NCBI GenBank assembly: GCA_965217775.1
Contig: CBDCJH010000002.1
Coordinates: 4,128,001-4,192,000 of the forward strand
Reading direction: 5' to 3'
Origin: Acidobacteriota bacterium
GTDB taxonomy: Bacteria; Acidobacteriota; UBA6911; RPQK01; JAJDTT01
DNA: 64,000 bases
Made by a program: the position numbers and the translations under genes. Below, one piece after another: positions 57,907-64,000 of the stretch (the stretch's first letter is position 1; each line of letters begins with the position of its first letter). The notes beneath the pieces are model-generated. The model made no database searches and was not told where the DNA came from. It saw nothing but the letters and a program-made list of their open reading frames with translations.

Positions 57907-59522
57907 TCCGTCCAGAGCGCGTAGAGGGAGCCTTTTCGGAGGTGAATCCTCAGGACCACGGTCTGTCCGCTCAAGCGAGTCACGGAATCGGAGCCACTCC
58001 ACCGGATCGGGAACCGGGTCCGGTCGCCGCTGAGCGAAAGGCTGTCACCGCCGGAGAACCCGGGGATCGGCCGCCCCCCGGCATCCAGGACCTCGACTCG
58101 AATCCGGCCCTCGGGAGCGTCCAGATTGACCCAGAGGCGATCGCCGCTCATCACCAGGGGACGGGTGGTCAGGGTCCCCTCGCGCCGGCCCGCGTCCAGA
58201 GAGACGAACCCGTCCCGGCGCAGCACCGCCACGTGAATGGCGGAATGGGCGTCGTCCACGTAGTCGGCACGCTCCTGCGGGTTCAGGGAATCGGGGCTGC
58301 GCGGGCTCCCGTCCAAGTACCGGTCATACGGGCAGACCCGCCACTTGAAGCCCGAGTAGTAGAACCAAAGTTCTTCTTCCTTCTCCACCGGCCGGTTGGT
58401 GGGCATCAGTTGCATCCGGTCGTAGTTGCCGGCCAATCCCTGGTCGAGGCGTGAGGGCCCGATGAAGGGTTCGCGGTTTCCCAGACGCTCCCAATGCTTC
58501 AGGTCCCGGGTCATGGCCAGTTGGATCAGGTGGAAGCCGTCGGTGTTCCGCCGCTCCGGCAAGCGGGCTCCGGTGGGGTAGAAGATCATGGGCAGTCCGA
58601 TGTAGAGGCCCTCGTAAGGGAACACGCCGAGGTTGTAGGACTGGGCGTTCCAGGTGCCCCGGTTTCGGAACTCCACGTCAGGCGGAGTCCAGCCCATGGA
58701 CGGATCCGGGTCCACGAAGAGAGGCCGGGCCAGACCCGGGTCGGCGATCCGCCTCCGGATCACCTCGAGAGCGTGCTCCTGGTCCCGGTCATCCGTGCTG
58801 AAGAAGAATCGGGGCTCCGACCATTGCACGAAGTCCTTGCTCACGGAGAGGTTGTAGGAACGGCCGTACTTGCCGCCGAACTTGAGCAGGCCCAGGAATT
58901 GCCGGCGCTCCCGATCGTAGGTGAGGGTGCCGGCATCGCCGGAAGGCAGCGTCGGGACATCGACGATCGTCCAGTGGACGGCGTCCGGACTGACCACCGG
59001 ACGGCGTCCGCTGTGGCCCAGGAATCCCTTGTACCGCCGGGCCGGGTCCGGATCGTCCGGGTCGTGAACCACGTGCCAGAGCCGCATGCCCTCGGGGGCG
59101 GCGATAAGATTGTTGGCCCGGGATCCACGGTATTCCACCGCGCCCAGGTTGGGTTTTTCCCAGACCAGGCCGTCGCGGGACAGGGCCAGAGCCCAACGGA
59201 AATTTTCTTCTGCATACTGGAGCGGCCTGCCCTCGTAGACCAGCTTGTAACGCCCCTCCGGTTCGATCCACATGGGCGCCGAAACAGTGGCGATGGAGCG
59301 GCCGTCTGAGGGCTGGTCCGCCACTAGCACGGCCCCCTGCTTGGTGGGCCGTTGCATGACCCGGTCCAGATTCCGGATCTCGCCGACGATGTGGTCGTCC
59401 AGGAAGAGTTGCTTGCGGCCCGGCTCCAGGCGGACCGGGTCTTCCCGGCCTTCGGATCTTCCCTGCCCCGACAGCAGCAGGAACATCAGGGTCGCGAAAA
59501 GGCTCCAAAAGCGTGGGCTCAC
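57903..59522 (-). CDS. Secreted beta-propeller glycosidase-like protein (paralogue 7, subfamily D)
   Basis: KQLFLDD, SRDGLVWEKPNLG, LRRDGFVSL; GTG start with GGAG RBS. Confidence 0.85.
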   Translation of the reverse strand: MSPRFWSLFATLMFLLLSGQGRSEGREDPVRLEPGRKQLFLDDHIVGEIRNLDRVMQRPTKQGAVLVADQPSDGRSIATVSAPMWIEPEGRYKLVYEGRPLQYAEENFRWALALSRDGLVWEKPNLGAVEYRGSRANNLIAAPEGMRLWHVVHDPDDPDPARRYKGFLGHSGRRPVVSPDAVHWTIVDVPTLPSGDAGTLTYDRERRQFLGLLKFGGKYGRSYNLSVSKDFVQWSEPRFFFSTDDRDQEHALEVIRRRIADPGLARPLFVDPDPSMGWTPPDVEFRNRGTWNAQSYNLGVFPYEGLYIGLPMIFYPTGARLPERRNTDGFHLIQLAMTRDLKHWERLGNREPFIGPSRLDQGLAGNYDRMQLMPTNRPVEKEEELWFYYSGFKWRVCPYDRYLDGSPRSPDSLNPQERADYVDDAHSAIHVAVLRRDGFVSLDAGRREGTLTTRPLVMSGDRLWVNLDAPEGRIRVEVLDAGGRPIPGFSGGDSLSLSGDRTRFPIRWSGSDSVTRLSGQTVVLRIHLRKGSLYALWTE

Positions 59523-59577
59523 GGCAAATTCTCCGTTCGCTTCGAGAAAAACCGGCGGTCTTCGTTCTGCTTGGCGC

Positions 59578-61239
59578 TCATTCGGTCCAGAACGAATACA
59601 AAGAGGCATCCCGAAGATGGATCTTCAGCCTCACGGTCCGACCCGCCAAGCCGGACAGTCCGTCCCGCCCCTTCCATCCGGCTGGGACCCGGACCTGGTC
59701 TCCACCGGCCGCTGCGGAATCATCCAGCCCGAAGCCGGGAACGGCGCGGCCCGTTTCGTCCAGGACCTCCACCCGGGCTTCGCCCTCCGGCGCGCGGAGG
59801 TTCAGGAACAACCTGTCCCCTGTCATCTGCAGGGGTTTCGTCACCAGGAAACCCCCTTTTTCGTCCGCATCCAGGGAAATGAATCCGTCCCGGCGCAGGA
59901 CCGAGACATAAACGGCGCTGAGGGTATCCTCGATCCAGTCCGCCCTCTCCTCCGCAGACAGGGTCGACGGATCCCGAGGCGCACCGTTCCGGTAACGGTC
60001 ATGCTGGGGTACGCGGCGCTTCATGCCGGTGTAGTAGAACCAGAGTTCGTCTCCCCGGTCGACCGGCTGGTTGGTCACGTTGAGTTGCAAACGGTCGTAG
60101 TTTCCCACCAGTCCCTCCTGCAGGCGGGACGTAGTGATGAACGGCCGGCGGTTGCCCAGCCGCTTCCAGGTCTTGAGGTCGCGGGTCATCGCCAACTGCA
60201 TCTCGTTGAACCCGTCGGTATTGGTCCGTTGGGGGAGCCGGATCCCGGTGGGATAGAAGAACATGAGCCAGCCCAAGTGCACGCCTTCGTAGGGAAACAC
60301 GCCGATGTTGTAGCACTGGACGTTCCACGTCCCCCGGTTCCTGAATTCCCCGGGCGGTTGCTTCCAACCGGTAGCCGGATCGGGATCCACCATCAGTGGC
60401 TTGGCCAGCCCCGGATCGGCCAGCCGGCGGCGGATGACGTCCAGGGCCATCCTCTGGTCCTCGTCGTCGGTGCTGAAGAGGAACCTGGGCTCCGACCAGT
60501 TCACGAAATCCTTGCTGACGGAGAGATTGTAGGAGCGGCCGTACTTGCCGGTGAACTTGAGCAGCCCCAGGAATTGCCGGCTCGCCCGGTCGTAGGTGAG
60601 GGTGCCCGCATCTCCCGAAGGGAGCTTCTCCACCTCCAGCAACCGCCAGTGGATGCAGTCCGGGCTCACCACCGGACGGCGTCCGCTGGCTCCCAGAAAC
60701 CCCTTGTAGCGCCGCTCAGGATCCGGATCGACCGGATCGTAGACCACCTGCCAGAGACGCTGCCTCTCGGGAGAGTCGATCAGATTGTTCTCCCTGTTGC
60801 CGTTGAACTCCAACGCCCCCAGGTTCGGTTTCTCCCAGTTGAGGCCGTCCCGGGAGAGGGCCAGCGCCCAGTAGGTCGGGCCCTTCCCTCCGTTTGGCCG
60901 GTGTCTTGCCTCGTAGACGAATTTGTAAATTCCCTCATCGGGGATCCACATGGGGGCGCTTACCGTCTGCACGAAGGTCCCGTCCGAGGGGATGTCGGCC
61001 TTGAGGACGACCCCCCGCTTGCGGGGCCGGTGAAAACTCCGGACCAGGTTCTCGGTCTTTTCGAGGACGTGGTCGTCCAGAAACAATTCCCTTTTGCCCG
61101 GCTCAAGAGGGATGGCGTCGGTGGCTCTCGCCTCCAGGACGGGGGGCAGCAGCAAGCACGCCATCAAGAGCGATAGATTGCGTGTGTAGGTCCGCCACTC
61201 ATTTGTCACGCTTCCAACCCCCCATTCCGGAGCCGCCAT
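59578..61239 (-). CDS. Secreted beta-propeller glycosidase-like protein (paralogue 8, subfamily D; tandem duplicate; start uncertain)
   Basis: Identical blocks with its neighbour (LPSGDAGTLTYDR, GKYGRSYNLSVSKDFV, FRNRGTWN). Confidence 0.85.
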   Translation of the reverse strand: MAAPEWGVGSVTNEWRTYTRNLSLLMACLLLPPVLEARATDAIPLEPGKRELFLDDHVLEKTENLVRSFHRPRKRGVVLKADIPSDGTFVQTVSAPMWIPDEGIYKFVYEARHRPNGGKGPTYWALALSRDGLNWEKPNLGALEFNGNRENNLIDSPERQRLWQVVYDPVDPDPERRYKGFLGASGRRPVVSPDCIHWRLLEVEKLPSGDAGTLTYDRASRQFLGLLKFTGKYGRSYNLSVSKDFVNWSEPRFLFSTDDEDQRMALDVIRRRLADPGLAKPLMVDPDPATGWKQPPGEFRNRGTWNVQCYNIGVFPYEGVHLGWLMFFYPTGIRLPQRTNTDGFNEMQLAMTRDLKTWKRLGNRRPFITTSRLQEGLVGNYDRLQLNVTNQPVDRGDELWFYYTGMKRRVPQHDRYRNGAPRDPSTLSAEERADWIEDTLSAVYVSVLRRDGFISLDADEKGGFLVTKPLQMTGDRLFLNLRAPEGEARVEVLDETGRAVPGFGLDDSAAAGGDQVRVPAGWKGRDGLSGLAGRTVRLKIHLRDASLYSFWTE

Positions 61240-61342
61240 CTCTGGTCTGATTCCGTTTGGCTCTCACTCCGCACTCTTGAAATTGTGGATTACATCCAAT
61301 CATGACACCCTGTTTGGAAACATCCAACCAGGGGAACCCCAG

Positions 61343-62767
61343 ATGAATCACTCGAAAGTCTTGGTCACGAGCGTCCTGGCGTTGCTTGCGATGCCCATCC
61401 TGCAACCGGGCCATTCACCAGTCCGGATCGGAAGTGAGCGCCAGCTCTTCGTGGATCGCCTGCTGATCGACCGCATGGACGGAGTCCGTTTGAAGATGCA
61501 CTCTCCCGTTCGCCGGGAGGCCGCCCTGCGAATGGAGCATCCGTGGGAAGCAAAGGGTGTTTCCTACATGGTGACGTTCAAGGACGGAGACCGCTTTCGG
61601 GCCTGGTACCGCGCCGACGCCTCCACCCATCGGACCGCCTACGCCGAGAGCAGAGACGGCATCACCTGGGAGAAACCCATGATCGGCCCGATCCCGTTCG
61701 GAGACCAGAAGCAGACCAACCTGGTCTGGGAAGCCGAGAACAGAGCCGGCAACCTCTCGGTTCTCAAGGACCCGAATCCGGATGTTCCTACCGGGGAACG
61801 GTACAAGGGGATCGTTCGTGGCCGGGGCCAGATCACGGCGCTGGTCTCGGAGGATGGCATTCATTGGCGGCCGTTCCGGGAGAAGCCCCTGATCGACAGC
61901 CACCCGGTCGACTCCCACAACATCCTGATCTGGGATCCGCATCTGGAACGGTACGCCATCTACTTCCGGGGCATTCGAAAGGTCCCCGGCGTGGCGATCG
62001 ACAACACCTCCTGGAAAACTCTGGGAGTCCGTTGGGTGCGGCGCTCGTTGTCCCGAGACTTTCGGAGCTGGTCGGAGCCGCGGCTCATCGAATCGGGAAG
62101 TGCGCCCGTAGAACAGTTCTACACCAATGACACCGTCGTTTACGAACGGGCTCCCACCTACTTTCTCATGTTCCCTTCCCGCTTCGTGGTGGAGCGGGTA
62201 CCGGTTCCCGACTGGCCCGCCGGCTCCGGTGTCAACGACATCGTGCTGCTCTCCAGCCGGGACGGTCTCAACTGGGACCGGACCTTTCTGGAGGCCTTTC
62301 TGCGCCCGGGGCCCGATCCCAACACTTGGCACGAACGGGCGCTGTACATGGAACACGGAATCCTGCAGACGGGTCCCCGGGAGCTGTCCATGTACGCCAT
62401 GCACAACTGGAGAACGGCCGACACTCACATCCGCCGTCTCAGCCTTCGAGTGGACGGGTTCGCTTCAGCTCATGGCGACTACACGGGCGGTGTCCTGATC
62501 ACCCGCCCGCTGGTCTTCGAGGGGAGTGAACTGGAGATCAACTTTGCCACCTCCGCGGTGGGCAGCCTCCGTTTCGAAATTCGGGACGGAAGCAACAACC
62601 CGCTTCCGGGCTACGGAATGCAGGACTGCGACGAGATCTACGGGGACGAGATCGACCGGGTCGTGAAGTGGAAGGGCAGCACGGACGTCTCCTCGCTGAC
62701 GGGAAAGCCGGTCCGCCTCCAGATCCAGTTGCGGGACGCCGACCTTTATTCTTTCCGCTTCCGGTAG
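61343..62767 (+). CDS. Secreted beta-propeller glycosidase-like protein (paralogue 9, subfamily A)
   Basis: RQLFVD, AYAESRDG, SRDGLNWDRTF, LRVDGF, DADLYSFRF. Confidence 0.85.
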   Translation: MNHSKVLVTSVLALLAMPILQPGHSPVRIGSERQLFVDRLLIDRMDGVRLKMHSPVRREAALRMEHPWEAKGVSYMVTFKDGDRFRAWYRADASTHRTAYAESRDGITWEKPMIGPIPFGDQKQTNLVWEAENRAGNLSVLKDPNPDVPTGERYKGIVRGRGQITALVSEDGIHWRPFREKPLIDSHPVDSHNILIWDPHLERYAIYFRGIRKVPGVAIDNTSWKTLGVRWVRRSLSRDFRSWSEPRLIESGSAPVEQFYTNDTVVYERAPTYFLMFPSRFVVERVPVPDWPAGSGVNDIVLLSSRDGLNWDRTFLEAFLRPGPDPNTWHERALYMEHGILQTGPRELSMYAMHNWRTADTHIRRLSLRVDGFASAHGDYTGGVLITRPLVFEGSELEINFATSAVGSLRFEIRDGSNNPLPGYGMQDCDEIYGDEIDRVVKWKGSTDVSSLTGKPVRLQIQLRDADLYSFRFR

Positions 62768-62784
62768 GCGGGAATCGGACCCGG

Positions 62785-63282
62785 TCAGCGAGGCGCCTCC
62801 GCCCAGACGGCATCGGGGCTCGCGGCTTCCGGTTGATCGGGACCCAGATTGGCCGGGTCCACGGCAGCCACAACGAAGTTCTCAGGACGTACAGGAGATC
62901 CGGACAGGCGGCGAAGCAGGGCGAGCTGACCGGCATGGGTCATGGCGTCGGCGAACGGTCCCTGCAGGAGCCGTTCTTCGGTCGTGCCGTTCAGCTCGGT
63001 ACCCGCCATGAGGTGCCGCGCCAGATCCTCCAACATCGAGTGGAAGCGCGTGACCTCCGCGTCAAGGTCCGGCATAGGCTCCGGCCAGTACCGGCCTCCC
63101 TCAAAGAACGTGCGCGCGTATCCGAGAACGCTCGTCATGTGCCGTACGAGTTCGGCCGGCGTTCGCACCTGATTGCCGACCTGGAACGTGCCAAAGGATT
63201 CGGGCGCATCCCTGAGCGCCTTCTGCGTCCGGTAGGCGAGCGCGGCGAGAAAATGCCGAAGCATCGCGCGTTTGTCACTCAT
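62785..63282 (-). CDS. DinB-like four-helix protein
   Basis: LRHFLAALAYR, ELVRHM, DAMTHAGQLALLRR. Confidence 0.8.
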   Translation of the reverse strand: MSDKRAMLRHFLAALAYRTQKALRDAPESFGTFQVGNQVRTPAELVRHMTSVLGYARTFFEGGRYWPEPMPDLDAEVTRFHSMLEDLARHLMAGTELNGTTEERLLQGPFADAMTHAGQLALLRRLSGSPVRPENFVVAAVDPANLGPDQPEAASPDAVWAEAPR

Positions 63283-63360
63283 TACGGTCGAGCTGTTCTT
63301 AGTCTGACGGCTCTGAAATGCGCAGTCGACCACTCACATCGCGCCTATTCTCGGAAGCCT

Positions 63361-63690
63361 TCATCGACTCGTTAGTTGATCTTCCAGGTTTTCCGAGATC
63401 CATTGATTCAGGCTCTGGTCATGCTCTTTAGCCTGAACGTAGACCCGGCGGTGGAGTTCAGGCGAAAGTCGTAGCGTAAGGCGGCCAGAGAACGGTTTTT
63501 CCGGATCTTCTCCGCATTCGGAGCAAAATTCCAAATAGTCATCGATAGATTCACGAAAAGCGCGCTCAAGATCGTTGACCGTATCGCCCTGGAATGTGAT
63601 CACGTCGCGCGTGTCCAGCACTTCGCCGTGGAATGCATGGGCTTCTGCGTCGTACTCGGCGTGACCAACGTATCCCTTGTATTCCAGCAT
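63361..63690 (-). CDS. hicB: HicB antitoxin with RHH domain
   Basis: MLEYKGY...DVITFQG...ESIDDYL...KPFSG.LTLRLSPELH. Confidence 0.92.
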   Translation of the reverse strand: MLEYKGYVGHAEYDAEAHAFHGEVLDTRDVITFQGDTVNDLERAFRESIDDYLEFCSECGEDPEKPFSGRLTLRLSPELHRRVYVQAKEHDQSLNQWISENLEDQLTSR

Positions 63691-63959
63691 TATTCCTCCT
63701 CTGGCCCGAACCCGGCCGTTTTCAAGAATCTTTGAACGGACCTCAGCGCAGCTCTTCCAACTTCCTTTCGAGGATGCGGACGATGGAACACGGCGCGAAC
63801 TCCATTCAGGTACACACGGATGCGGGATCCCCGCCCCTCCGAAACCCTCGCACCAAGCGCTAAAAATAGCTTCTCGATGCGCGACCAAGCCAAGCCGGCG
63901 CGCGTAGGTCGCTCGAATATCTCATTCAGAATTTTCCGATGTCGACCTGTGGAGGGCAT
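63690..63959 (-). CDS. hicA: HicA toxin
   Basis: WSRIEKLFLALG...EGRGSR...FHRPHP. Confidence 0.9.
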   Translation of the reverse strand: MPSTGRHRKILNEIFERPTRAGLAWSRIEKLFLALGARVSEGRGSRIRVYLNGVRAVFHRPHPRKEVGRAALRSVQRFLKTAGFGPEEE

Positions 63960-63986
63960 AGTGTCACATTATGACACTATGCCCTC
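63952..63986. promoter_or_regulatory. Probable HicB operator overlapping the hicA start
   Basis: Perfect 15-bp inverted repeat GAGGGCATAGTGTCA-catta-TGACACTATGCCCTC. Confidence 0.7.
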
Positions 63987-64000
63987 TGTTTGCAAGTGGT

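Overview
GC-rich bacterial accessory region, most likely from an Acidobacteriota genome (GWxTD, acidobacterial VWA, Oar-type TonB receptor, CRTAC1/TPR cluster). A host-associated, possibly sponge-symbiont lifestyle is inferred only, from the Calx-beta/FN3 adhesin, sialidase/sulfatase and many TA loci. The window opens inside a >1500-aa adhesin gene that the ORF track misses. Next to it are a polyprenol-P-mannose synthase and a TMTC-like GT-C/TPR gene, a candidate adhesin O-mannosylation system. It also holds DinB-family genes, an orphan secreted protein, and a Cre-like recombinase bracketed by two lox/dif-like palindromes. Nine paralogues of an uncharacterised secreted beta-propeller (glycosidase-like) family are interleaved with catabolic and transport genes. 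Mobile and conflict elements include an intact IS1634, an inverted-repeat-bounded TnpB fragment, two MITE copies, two REP families, four type II TA loci (one decayed) and an ABC-ATPase + TOPRIM-like putative defence pair. No rRNA, tRNA or CRISPR array was seen. All family calls come from motif recognition by eye, not database searches.
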